Source: Deltaproteobacteria bacterium (GTDB lineage Bacteria > Desulfobacterota > Desulfomonilia > UBA1062). From it: DNA of 64,000 bases. The DNA lies in contig JAHDKO010000029.1 in the NCBI GenBank assembly GCA_018436855.1, positions 13,157 through 77,156 of the forward strand. The letters run 5' to 3'. The notes beneath the pieces were generated by a model. That model worked only from the letters and a program-made list of their open reading frames with translations. It searched no databases and had not been told where the DNA came from. This document shows positions 17,517 through 26,744 of the stretch, piece after piece. The number at the start of each line of letters is the position of its first letter. Position 1 is the stretch's first letter. A program made the position numbers and the translations under genes.

Positions 17517-19607
17517 TCATGATACCATTCCCAGGTACCTCACCCATTCGCGGGTGTCAGCCAGACCCTGATCTATTCCCGTATCCGGGCAGCAGGAAAG
17601 CGTGCTCCTGGCACGGGCGTCCGAATACACCGCATCCTTTGCAAAGAGCCTGAGCTCATCCGGCGAGGGGGTGATCTTTACCCGGTGCTCGACCACGCGC
17701 ATCAGGGCATCGACGGCATCCACCCGCTCGGCGAGCAGCTTCACGGGCTTGATGAACCGCTTCTTTACCATTCCGCCCAGGGTGCGCACCGGTGTCATGG
17801 CCCAGGTGGCGGCGCCCGCCCTCTTCGCCCTGATCACCCTTAGGGGCGGCAGGCCCAGGGCCGCGTTGAACCTCATGAAATACTCGTTCCAGGTGAGGAC
17901 CTCCGGGCCGTTGATGTTGAACACCTTGCCCTTCGCGTCCGCGAAGTCCAGGGCACCCAGGATGGTCCTCGCCAGATCGTCCACATAAACGAGGTTGCAC
18001 CTGCCCTCGCCGTAGCCTTCGTAGACCCCTCCCTCACCGGCCAGAAACATGGCAGCGAAGCGCAGGCTCCAGCTCGCGCTGAAGGGCCCGTACACGATCG
18101 AAGGCCTGAAGATGGTGATGGGGAGCCCTTTTTCCCGGTATTCCCAGCAGACCTTTTCCGAATCGATCTTCATCCGGTTGTAGGGGTTTCCGGTGTAACG
18201 ATACGGGCTGTTCTCGTCCACGACACCGCCGGCATCGCCGTAGACATCCGCGGTGCTGAGATGGATGAAATGGGATATGCCCTTCTTCAGCGACGCGTCC
18301 AGCAGGTTCCTTGTGCCCTGGACCGTGACCTCGGGCGTGCCCTTGGCGCAGTGCACGACATGGGTGATGCCTTCCAGCGCGCGTTCGGTCCGGGCGGGGT
18401 CCGTGAGGTCCAGGACAGCGGTCTCCACCGGGAACCTCCCCAGCCGCGCCGCGCTCGACCACTGGTGCACACCAGCCCTGACCGGGTAGCGTGCCTCCGG
18501 GTCCAGGTGGGCCATCTCCACGATCCGCCCCCCGATAAATCCGGTGGCCCCGGTGACGAGGATCCTGCCCGGTTGCCGTGCCTGTGAACCTCTCGCTGAG
18601 GAGGGCCCTATCCAGACCTTTTTGTCCCAGGGAAGATCGAGCCGCGATCTTCGCCCGTAGCATTCGTGGATGAACTCGATCGAGTCGAGCACGTCGCTCC
18701 CGCTGACCAGGGGTTTCGCACTGCCCTGGAGCACCTGGAGAAAGTTTTCCACGATGGGTGCCACAAACCCCGGATAATTCCTGGAGACACTCGCGAGCTT
18801 GTGCTCGCTCATGGTTCCGCCGCTGTCCTCAAGGCAGACTCTCTTCCAGTCGAAGATGCGGCCCGAGACCCTGCCACGGTCTCCTGTCACCCGGTAGCGG
18901 TTGCCCAGATCGCTCAGCCGGCTCAGGGTGATATTGAGCGTGCACCCGTCCTTGTGCGCGCGGATCCTCACCATCGACTCCGGCCCGCCGTAGGAGTCGT
19001 CCCGCATCTCTTCGAGCACGGGCTTTGCCCCCAGCCACCAGCAAATGGTGTCGATGACGTGCGCGCCGAGGTCCATCAGGACCCCCCGGGATGAGACCTT
19101 CGGATCCACGGCGAATCCCGTGGCGCTCGGCCAGCCGAAGACGTTCCCCTCAACATATTCGATGCCTTTGAGCCTGCCCAGCCGGCCCGAGGCGATGATC
19201 TCCCGGACCTCCCTGAACGAGGGGAACATCCTGCGGGTATTGTTGACGCACAGGGCCGCCCCCTGTTCGCGGGCCTTCCGCACCATCTCCCTCGCGTGCT
19301 CGGGCAGCACGGCAAGGGGCTTCTCGCACAGCACGGAAACGCCTGCGCCGAGGCACTCCATGGCCACCGGGTGGTGGAGGTGATTGGGCAGGAGGATGAC
19401 CGCGCCCCGGATATCAGGGAGCACGTCATGGAAGTCGTCCCTGACCATGCCCCCCCCCAGCTCTGCACGGGTCTCTTCGGCGCCGTCCCTGTCGGTGTCC
19501 ACCAGATACAGATTGTCTTTCAGGCCCTGATATCTCCGCAGCGCGGGAACATAGTATCTCCGTGCCGCGGCGCCGCAACCGATGATCGCTATCTTTGGTA
19601 TGCGCAT
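17517..19607 (-). CDS. bifunctional fusion: N-terminal Gfo/Idh/MocA-family oxidoreductase plus C-terminal NAD-dependent epimerase/dehydratase (SDR)
   Basis: The start is taken at MRIPKIAIIGCGAAARRYYVPAL (AAAGGAG RBS); the ORF-track upstream extension is R-rich. The N-terminal half has a Rossmann fold plus the EKPLA motif. The second half has GRILVTGATGFIGGRIV, the YNRMK catalytic pair and an NAD-epimerase fold. Confidence 0.8.
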   Translation of the reverse strand: MRIPKIAIIGCGAAARRYYVPALRRYQGLKDNLYLVDTDRDGAEETRAELGGGMVRDDFHDVLPDIRGAVILLPNHLHHPVAMECLGAGVSVLCEKPLAVLPEHAREMVRKAREQGAALCVNNTRRMFPSFREVREIIASGRLGRLKGIEYVEGNVFGWPSATGFAVDPKVSSRGVLMDLGAHVIDTICWWLGAKPVLEEMRDDSYGGPESMVRIRAHKDGCTLNITLSRLSDLGNRYRVTGDRGRVSGRIFDWKRVCLEDSGGTMSEHKLASVSRNYPGFVAPIVENFLQVLQGSAKPLVSGSDVLDSIEFIHECYGRRSRLDLPWDKKVWIGPSSARGSQARQPGRILVTGATGFIGGRIVEMAHLDPEARYPVRAGVHQWSSAARLGRFPVETAVLDLTDPARTERALEGITHVVHCAKGTPEVTVQGTRNLLDASLKKGISHFIHLSTADVYGDAGGVVDENSPYRYTGNPYNRMKIDSEKVCWEYREKGLPITIFRPSIVYGPFSASWSLRFAAMFLAGEGGVYEGYGEGRCNLVYVDDLARTILGALDFADAKGKVFNINGPEVLTWNEYFMRFNAALGLPPLRVIRAKRAGAATWAMTPVRTLGGMVKKRFIKPVKLLAERVDAVDALMRVVEHRVKITPSPDELRLFAKDAVYSDARARSTLSCCPDTGIDQGLADTREWVRYLGMVS

Positions 19608-19621
19608 GGTTCTCCTTTTCT

Positions 19622-20767
19622 TCATCCCTGCCTGCCGGCCAGCGACAGATAGAGATCCTGTGTCTTTCCGACCATCGATGGTGCCGAGAAGCGTTCGTTC
19701 ACGAGATTCCTGCCCTCTTGCGCCATGGCCCGCGCTGTCTCGGGCATGGTGATGAGATCGCGCATCCTCCTGGTCAGACCGGTGGTGTCGCCGGGCCCCA
19801 CCAGGTACCCGGTCCGGCCGTCCCGGACCAGCAGGGGGATATCGCCGACCGCAGTGGCAAGCACGGGGATGCCGCACGCCATTGCCTCGAGCATCACATA
19901 GGGCAGCCCTTCGGTCAGCGAAGGGATGACGAGATAGTCGATGGAGTCGTACACGCGGCGCATGTTTTTCCTCACCCCGCAACAGCGGACCCGCTCTTCG
20001 ATGCCCAGAGCCCGGATGCCGCTCTGTATGCGCTCCCGCTCCGGTCCGTCCCCCACGATGAGGCCGGTGATGCCCGGAAACTCGTGGGCAAGGGTTTCAA
20101 AGGCATGGAGAAAGAACATGTGTCCCTTGTCCGGATACAATCTCCCGATCACGGCAAAGACCCGGTGATTCCCGTTGCTCGGGAGCGGAAGCGGAGATTC
20201 GTGATCGTCACCGCACAGGTCGAGGACGCCGATGTCGAGGCCGTTCTGGATGACCCGGATCTTTTCCGGCTTTAAGCAGCTGCCCTCGAGCCTGGGACGG
20301 AGATCCTCGGACACGGCGATGACCGTGTCGAACCGCGGGTAGACCAGGTTCTCGGTGAACGAGAGGTAGAGCCTCTTTACAAAAGAATCCCGCGTGGAGC
20401 CGTGAGCGGTGGCAACCCTCCTGACCCTTCCGTCCGGCGTGGCCAGGACACCATAGAAGTCGGACTTGAAGTCGTGGGTATGGATCAGGTCGATCTCCCG
20501 TTCCCGGATGAACCTGCCCAGATGCCGGATTGCGCGCCAGTCGAGCCTGCCCCGCACCCGCACGCTCTCCACATGCATGCCCGACCGTTCTGCAGCGGCC
20601 ATCAGATGACGGCTCCGGCCGTCACCCCGGTCCATGCACATGAGCGAGCAGTCAAAGACCTCCCGGTCCATATTCCTGCCCAGGGTCAGGATAACCCGCT
20701 CGCCCCCGAACATGCCTCCGCTGTCGCGGATATGCAGAACCCGCACCCTTTTCGGGGACGGGTTCAC
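19622..20767 (-). CDS. glycosyltransferase family 4
   Basis: 381 aa GT4 fold with GT4 N-terminal domain RVLHI...GGE and C-terminal EGLPYVMLEAMACGIPVLATAVGDIPLLVRDGRTGYLV. Confidence 0.85.
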   Translation of the reverse strand: MNPSPKRVRVLHIRDSGGMFGGERVILTLGRNMDREVFDCSLMCMDRGDGRSRHLMAAAERSGMHVESVRVRGRLDWRAIRHLGRFIREREIDLIHTHDFKSDFYGVLATPDGRVRRVATAHGSTRDSFVKRLYLSFTENLVYPRFDTVIAVSEDLRPRLEGSCLKPEKIRVIQNGLDIGVLDLCGDDHESPLPLPSNGNHRVFAVIGRLYPDKGHMFFLHAFETLAHEFPGITGLIVGDGPERERIQSGIRALGIEERVRCCGVRKNMRRVYDSIDYLVIPSLTEGLPYVMLEAMACGIPVLATAVGDIPLLVRDGRTGYLVGPGDTTGLTRRMRDLITMPETARAMAQEGRNLVNERFSAPSMVGKTQDLYLSLAGRQG

Positions 20768-20933
20768 ATTTCTCTCCTATTCGGGGACGGGTTCACATTT
20801 ACGTTGTTTCGGCCGGTCATGATCCTTCCGAGGCCTGCGCACGCTCGCTGGAAGATCAGCCGATCTCCCCGTTCTTGCGTGCATTCCGGTGAACGTTTCC
20901 CTTTCACTCCTTAGCCGGGATACGAAGCCCTGG

Positions 20934-21959
20934 TCATCGGACCGCGCTCCTTTTCAGATGCGCCTCCCGGTGCGCTGCCGATCCGCGCGCCATGTCCTCC
21001 AGGAGCCACGCGAGCGCTGATCGTTTGATCTCCCATTCCCTCGCGCGCTCCGCCTTGAGCTCCCTGACCTCCTGCACAAGCCGCTCGCGGTCTCGCAGCA
21101 GCGCCCGGATCGAATCACGGATGCCCTCTGCGGTGTGCGGCGTATACACTGCCCCCTTGTTGAAGTAACGCCTGAGCGCCCGGGTGTCGGAGAGGATCTG
21201 CGGCTTTTCCACGGACACCGTCTCGTAGGCCCCGCAGACCAGGCAGCCTTCGCGCTCGGTCAGGTCGATGGTCGCATCAACGGAGTTGAGCATCTCGACA
21301 TAGCGTGCCTCCGGGATATAGCCCGTCAGGGAAACATTGGCCGGCAAAAGGCCGGGGTCGATGTTTTTCTTGCAATAGTTGCCGGTCACATAGATGTGCA
21401 CATCCGAGTCGAGCATACGGGCCGCATCGAACACCAGGTGATACGGCTCATCTTCGGCATAGGAACAGATGAAGAGGATGTTGTGCCTGCCCTTGAGCGC
21501 TGCGGGGGGCGTGCGCGGGATATCGGGTATCCGGTCCTGGAGGATGAACGGTCTGCCCTGGTTTCTTTTCACCTGCTCGTGCAGTTCCCGGTTCGTGACC
21601 AGGGTGAGATCGGAGTGCTTCTGGATGTATGCGCTCAGCCTCATGAGATGCGGGGATCTTCCTTCCGCGGGGAAGAGCCCTGCGTTGTGGGCGTCCACAC
21701 AAACACTGAAACCGGCGGCCCTTTTTATGGTGACCAGAAAGAAAGAGAGCACGATCGAGGGGTTCTGGCAGCATACCAGACCGGGCCGTTCCTTCAGGAG
21801 CACGGCGCAGGTCCTCAGGAGGCCGGTTGCATACTTCCCGGCCGGGTTTTTCAGCTCATCGATCTCTTTGAATTCGTAGAGTCTGATCCCCAGGGCCCGG
21901 CTGATCTCCCGGTTTCTCCTCTGGTTTTCCCATGTGATCCATATCGCGTTCATAGTCAT
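20934..21959 (-). CDS. glycosyltransferase, GT4-like two-domain
   Basis: The start is taken at MTMNAIWITWENQRR (ATG at 21959). The C-terminal domain has sugar-nucleotide binding blocks. It overlaps the upstream gene by about 100 nt, so the start is uncertain. Confidence 0.65.
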   Translation of the reverse strand: MTMNAIWITWENQRRNREISRALGIRLYEFKEIDELKNPAGKYATGLLRTCAVLLKERPGLVCCQNPSIVLSFFLVTIKRAAGFSVCVDAHNAGLFPAEGRSPHLMRLSAYIQKHSDLTLVTNRELHEQVKRNQGRPFILQDRIPDIPRTPPAALKGRHNILFICSYAEDEPYHLVFDAARMLDSDVHIYVTGNYCKKNIDPGLLPANVSLTGYIPEARYVEMLNSVDATIDLTEREGCLVCGAYETVSVEKPQILSDTRALRRYFNKGAVYTPHTAEGIRDSIRALLRDRERLVQEVRELKAERAREWEIKRSALAWLLEDMARGSAAHREAHLKRSAVR

Positions 21960-23082
21960 ACCCCAAAATTTCGTGATAAAACGACTCGTAGCGATCAATG
22001 ACCCGGGGCCAGTCATAGCTCCGGGCAATGATCTGCCTTCCCTGCCCTCCCATGTCCTTTCTGAGGCGGTCGTCCTTGAGCAGGATGCAGAGCTTCTCCG
22101 CCAGGGCGCGGTGATCCCCAGCCGGCACGAGGAAACCGTTCACACCGTCTTGCACCAGCTCGGCGTTCCCTCCCACCGACGTTGCCACCACCGGGAGGCC
22201 CGAGGCCATGTACTCCAGGATGGAGTTGCAGAAGCCTTCCGAATCAGATGAGATGACCCCGATATCCCACGATCTGATGGTCCCGGGCACGTCGGTGACG
22301 GCGCCGAGAAAATTCACCTGCCTGCCGATACCCAGCTCTCGGCTCAAGGCCATCAGCTCGCCGCGCTGGTTTCCGTCTCCGGCAATGCAGAACCGCACGC
22401 CCGGGACAGCCTTGAGCACCTCGAAAGCAGCCCGGATAAAGATATCCACCCGTTTGACCCGCCGGTTGAAGTTTGCCAGGATTCCGACACAGGGGCGGCT
22501 CTGAGTCTCCTGAGACACCACCGGTGCGCTCCCGGGCGCCTCCCGGCCGTCAAAGAGGCAGAAGTCGATTCCGTTGTAGATCACGTGAATCCGGTCGGGG
22601 TCCACCAGCTCGTCGGACGCCACCTGGCGTTTGACCGCCTGCGAGTTCACCTGAAAATGGTCCACCAGCCGGTCAGCCTGCCGGAGCAGCAGGAGCAGGG
22701 CGCGGGAATGCCAGAATCCCAGGTCCCTTCTGCAGCACACAATTTTTTTCACACCAGCGAGCTTGCCGGCGAGGAGCCCCACGAACTGCGCGTCGACAAA
22801 GTAGGTCTGGACAATATCGATACGCCTCTGTCTCAAGAACCGGACGAGCTCGATGGTGCGGCCGATGCACTGTATGCTGAGAAGCGAAGGGATGCCGATC
22901 TGCCGATAGCTGAAGCAGTTGTCCCGTGGCTGGAAATAGGCGTTGGGCGGCCGGAGGCTGACGAGGTAGTTCTCGAACCTCTCCTGAGGCAACGACGCCA
23001 TAAGGCTCAGGAGCTGCTTTTCAGTGCCCCCGATGGAATTGATGGTATCAATGAGAAACGCTATACGTATTTTTCGATCCAT
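21856..23082 (-). CDS. glycosyltransferase family 4
   Basis: 408 aa: MDRKIRIAFLIDTINSIGGTEKQ..., EGFCNSILEYMASGLPVVATSVGGNAELVQDGVNGFLV. Confidence 0.85.
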   Translation of the reverse strand: MDRKIRIAFLIDTINSIGGTEKQLLSLMASLPQERFENYLVSLRPPNAYFQPRDNCFSYRQIGIPSLLSIQCIGRTIELVRFLRQRRIDIVQTYFVDAQFVGLLAGKLAGVKKIVCCRRDLGFWHSRALLLLLRQADRLVDHFQVNSQAVKRQVASDELVDPDRIHVIYNGIDFCLFDGREAPGSAPVVSQETQSRPCVGILANFNRRVKRVDIFIRAAFEVLKAVPGVRFCIAGDGNQRGELMALSRELGIGRQVNFLGAVTDVPGTIRSWDIGVISSDSEGFCNSILEYMASGLPVVATSVGGNAELVQDGVNGFLVPAGDHRALAEKLCILLKDDRLRKDMGGQGRQIIARSYDWPRVIDRYESFYHEILGYDYERDMDHMGKPEEKPGDQPGPGDQTLRIQRDR

Positions 23083-23124
23083 GATTCCCCTTACACACAG
23101 ATCCGTTGGATTTTTTCGATGGGG

Positions 23125-24243
23125 TCACACATCCCAGAAAACCTTGTCACCGTCTCCAAAGGTATAAAACCAGTTTTCGCCCTTCCCGATCCCTGCAGGC
23201 CGGCCTGCGGCCCCGGAATGGATGTACTTGAGCGCTCCGGGGTTTTCCCTTGCGTGCACAAACCCCATCGTCTTGAGCACGCGGGCAAACCTCCTGTCCG
23301 TGCACAGCACTTCCAGCGTGTCGGGGCCGGTCTTCTCGATCTCGAGCACGGCCCGCCTCATCAGGGCCCTGAACAGATCTGCATCCCGGGGAGAGCAGAG
23401 AAAATCAAAGATGGTGGAGATCCTCCTGCCGTCCTGCGCGCGCCTGGTCCTGAAGACCAGGTATGCCTGCACATTATCCCCCTTTACGCAGATCAGCCTG
23501 ACGAAACGGGCGCTTGGGCTGTCTGCAAACTTCCAGTTCAGGATGGCGCCGTTGCGATGCGCGATAAAGGCGAACTCGTGCTTCACGGCGTGAAACAATT
23601 CATCTATCCGCTCATCGAAACCATCCGTGAGCTCGATGCGATATCCCCGGCCGGAGAAATCAAACGCCTTTTTCTCCAGCCGGTAGAGCAGCGAGAGGAC
23701 CTTTCCGGCCGACTGCTCGACAGCGGCGTTGATGAGGCGATATCGGGTTTTCACCATGTTCCTCAGGCTATACCCCCGCACATAGGTGGGGAGATTCTCC
23801 ACGGGGAGCCACCCGCACTTTCCGAAGACATGGCTGTTGGCGGCGTTCATCCACACCGCAAGGGAAAACTCGGGCCTGTTCTGAAGAATTGCCTGCACAA
23901 ACGCCCTGCCCACGCCTTTGCCTCTCATCTCCGGGGCGACCATGGTATCGTGGTAGATGAACCCGTCCACATCGCGGCCTGAGACACTGAATCGAAACGG
24001 CATCAGACCCTCGTAGGCAACCACCCTGCCGTCCAGCACGAGCACCAGGTAATCGTCGCGGGTGCTGCTGAACGGGTTTCCGCTCAGCAGCCGGTGAAAC
24101 GCGCGCGCCCTTTCCGAGGCAAACGCCTCTCCGGCCTGGGCATTCCAGAAACGCTCAAAGACGCGCAGGTCGCCCTGCCGGAACCGCCGCATGCATTGGG
24201 CGCAGCCATCGGCGCCCTGATCGGGATATCCGGTGGTATCCAT
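23125..24243 (-). CDS. two-domain GNAT or FemAB-related acyltransferase, resembling PEP-CTERM-locus-associated FemAB-like proteins
   Basis: 372 aa. The N-terminal half has the acyl-CoA motif VAPEMRGKGVGRAFV; the second half is a FemAB-like helper domain. Confidence 0.65.
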   Translation of the reverse strand: MDTTGYPDQGADGCAQCMRRFRQGDLRVFERFWNAQAGEAFASERARAFHRLLSGNPFSSTRDDYLVLVLDGRVVAYEGLMPFRFSVSGRDVDGFIYHDTMVAPEMRGKGVGRAFVQAILQNRPEFSLAVWMNAANSHVFGKCGWLPVENLPTYVRGYSLRNMVKTRYRLINAAVEQSAGKVLSLLYRLEKKAFDFSGRGYRIELTDGFDERIDELFHAVKHEFAFIAHRNGAILNWKFADSPSARFVRLICVKGDNVQAYLVFRTRRAQDGRRISTIFDFLCSPRDADLFRALMRRAVLEIEKTGPDTLEVLCTDRRFARVLKTMGFVHARENPGALKYIHSGAAGRPAGIGKGENWFYTFGDGDKVFWDV

Positions 24244-24344
24244 GGGTTTTATCCGTGAAACCTTATCCGTGAAATGATTCTTTTTCTAAGGACCATGTGC
24301 GGGCACATCCGGGCCCGCACGTGCAAGAAAATGCCTTTACCCGC

Positions 24345-25436
24345 CTATTCAAGGGCGGAACCATGTCCCGGGCACGCCCTGTTCGCGCGGCTTATGGACC
24401 GTTTCACCCATACCATGTGATGGACGTTCATCACGAATCGATGGTCGCTCATGGCACTTTCGATTCCATAGCGGTGGTAGCAAAAGCGATCGGTATCCGG
24501 GTAGTTCGGTCCTCTCATCATGGTTACCGAGCAGTATATGTTGTTGCGGATCAGAAGATCCCGGGTCATCTCCCCGAAATCCCCTGCTTCGCCGTTGGGA
24601 TAGCTGAACAGGGTGCACGGCCTTCCCGTGATTGCGCACACGCGGTCGATGGAAGACCGGATCTCGTGCTCCTGGGCATCTTCGGTCAGCAGACTGAGGA
24701 TCGAGTGGGTATGGGTGTGAGCGCCGAACTCGATGAGCCCGCTCTTGTGCATCTCCTGTATGTCACGGCTGTTCAGAATACGGAAGGGACTGTTCTTAGG
24801 GAGCCCGCTGCCGGGGTCGAATCCGAGTGCGGCAATGATGTCCCCGACCTCCTGCACCAGAACATCCTGCGGCATCTCCTTGAGAATTCCCTGAAGCGTC
24901 AGGCAGGCATGAACCCGGTTTCCGGGGTTTGTCAGATCGAAGCGCCGGTCACGCCACACAATGCTTCTTTTGTTTGTCTCGGAGAATGCGCGGTTCAGGG
25001 CACAGTACCAGATGGTGTCGTCGGTGTCGGTCAGACTCGTGACGAGAAACACCGTGGCCGGAAGCCCCAGTTCCTTCAAGACGGGAAAGGCGTTGTCGTA
25101 TACGTTCTGAAAACCGTCGTCAAAGGTGATGGACAAGAGCGGCAGCACCGGTTTTTTTCGTGAGACCGCAAGATCGAGCGCCTGAGAGAGCGGCACCACG
25201 GTGAAGTGCCGCTTTACATAGAGCATCTGGCTGATGAACCTGTCCCTGGCGATGAAGCACTCATCCGGGATCGGCAGGTCTGCATTCCTGACACCGTGGT
25301 ACGTGATAACGGTATGTGCCTTCCTGAAGAGTGTTCTGTTCAGAAACCGTGGTAACCGGGTTATGGCAAGTCCTTGGTATATTCTCTCTTTTGTTTCACG
25401 AGATAAGAGTTTGATTCTTCTGTCCGTGTTTTCCAA
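24345..25436 (-). CDS. polysaccharide deacetylase, CE4/NodB-type
   Basis: ITFDDGFQNVYDNAFPVLKELGLPATVFLVT and HTHTHSIL histidine motifs are present. Confidence 0.85.
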   Translation of the reverse strand: MENTDRRIKLLSRETKERIYQGLAITRLPRFLNRTLFRKAHTVITYHGVRNADLPIPDECFIARDRFISQMLYVKRHFTVVPLSQALDLAVSRKKPVLPLLSITFDDGFQNVYDNAFPVLKELGLPATVFLVTSLTDTDDTIWYCALNRAFSETNKRSIVWRDRRFDLTNPGNRVHACLTLQGILKEMPQDVLVQEVGDIIAALGFDPGSGLPKNSPFRILNSRDIQEMHKSGLIEFGAHTHTHSILSLLTEDAQEHEIRSSIDRVCAITGRPCTLFSYPNGEAGDFGEMTRDLLIRNNIYCSVTMMRGPNYPDTDRFCYHRYGIESAMSDHRFVMNVHHMVWVKRSISRANRACPGHGSALE

Positions 25437-26715
25437 GGGTATCGGAATTCCTGTTTATTTCGCCGGGCAGCTGCTGTTTCTGCTCCCGGCTTCCTGCCCG
25501 TCCTTCACCGTTCTGAGATGCCGGCACCGTCCGAGCCGGCATGGTTCCGGATCGGGCCCTGTGATTGCTCTGCGGCCGGTTCTCCTGTTTCGGTGAACCG
25601 GCCCCTGCCCGGGCGTGCATCCGGACCGTAATTCCGTCACGGATCCGCCGGGCGATATAGGGGCCTATCTTGTGCACCTTTCGCGCCCTTTTCATCTGAT
25701 ACATCATCTGAATCCACCGGGTATGGAACTCATCGTACATCGTCCAGAAAGCGGCATACCGGCTCATGGCGATGGGGGCGGACAAGATCCGCATCCGGGC
25801 CTCGAAACGCCCGGGATCGTCCACAACGGCTACGCGCAGGTCTTTTGCGGTCCTGCACCCGGTCAGACTCACCCGGTGGATGCCTGTCTCCGAGATATCG
25901 GCCGATAAAACAGCGGATTCTCTCCTGGCACGATTGAGCTTCATGAAAGAATGCACCACCTCGCCCTCGCCGTTCACCCACCGCCAGTCGAGATCGGAGA
26001 ACAGGAAGTTGCCGAGGCTGTAGGCGATATAGCCCTGACGATAGCGTTCGATGCCCTGCAGCACGTGGGGATGATGCCCGATGACAAGGCCGGCCCCCAT
26101 GTCGATGATAGCGCGGGCGGTCCGAACCTGATCGGGGGCCGGGTAGCGCCAGTCTTCCTTTCCCCAGTGCAGACAGACCGCGACGGCATGGACCCTGCCC
26201 TCGAGCGATGCGATGGCATGCGCGAGCTCCTCGAGGTCGAGCGGGGCGATGCCCCTCTCCGGACCGGAGGCATAAAACGGCGAGTCGATCGTCACCTCTG
26301 ATCGCGACAGAACGCCCAGAGAGATGCCCTTCCGTTCGATGATCGCAGGCCGGTTCGCCTCTTCGAGGCAGGCGCCCGCTCCGAACCATCCTATGCCCTG
26401 CGCGTCCAGGCAGGCCATGGTTTCGTACATGGCCTGCTCTCGGTAATCCAGGATATGGTTGTTGGCGAGCGACAGGGCGGTGAACCCGGCATCCTTCATG
26501 CCGGCGGCATATCCCGGATGAGCCTTCAGGCTCACCTTGCCGGGATACGGTTCACCTCCGAGGCACAGGGGGGCTTCGAGATTCCCGATCAGGATGTCGT
26601 GTCCCGCGAGCGTCTCCCGGATGCACCCGAACGGGTAATGGGGGCCCTTTGCCTCGTACAGTGCGTCGTAACCGTGTGTCAGGGCGATGTCGCCTACGAA
26701 ACCGATCTTGATCAT
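25396..26715 (-). CDS. CapA-family (PGA_cap) metallophosphatase-like capsule biosynthesis protein
   Basis: The start is taken at MIKIGFVGDIALTHGYDA (AAGGA RBS); the ORF-track N-terminal 271 aa are R/H-rich artefact. It contains GHDILIGNLE, NNHILDY and GHHPHVLQG. Confidence 0.75.
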   Translation of the reverse strand: MIKIGFVGDIALTHGYDALYEAKGPHYPFGCIRETLAGHDILIGNLEAPLCLGGEPYPGKVSLKAHPGYAAGMKDAGFTALSLANNHILDYREQAMYETMACLDAQGIGWFGAGACLEEANRPAIIERKGISLGVLSRSEVTIDSPFYASGPERGIAPLDLEELAHAIASLEGRVHAVAVCLHWGKEDWRYPAPDQVRTARAIIDMGAGLVIGHHPHVLQGIERYRQGYIAYSLGNFLFSDLDWRWVNGEGEVVHSFMKLNRARRESAVLSADISETGIHRVSLTGCRTAKDLRVAVVDDPGRFEARMRILSAPIAMSRYAAFWTMYDEFHTRWIQMMYQMKRARKVHKIGPYIARRIRDGITVRMHARAGAGSPKQENRPQSNHRARSGTMPARTVPASQNGEGRAGSREQKQQLPGEINRNSDTLGKHGQKNQTLIS

Positions 26716-26744
26716 GGCTTTGTCCTTATGTCTTTGTATTTGAA

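Noticed and set aside
22585-23982. 465-aa plus-strand ORF antisense to the GT4 and FemAB-like genes
   Set aside because: Low-complexity R/G/P/H-rich translation with no motifs. It overlaps two well-supported minus-strand genes.
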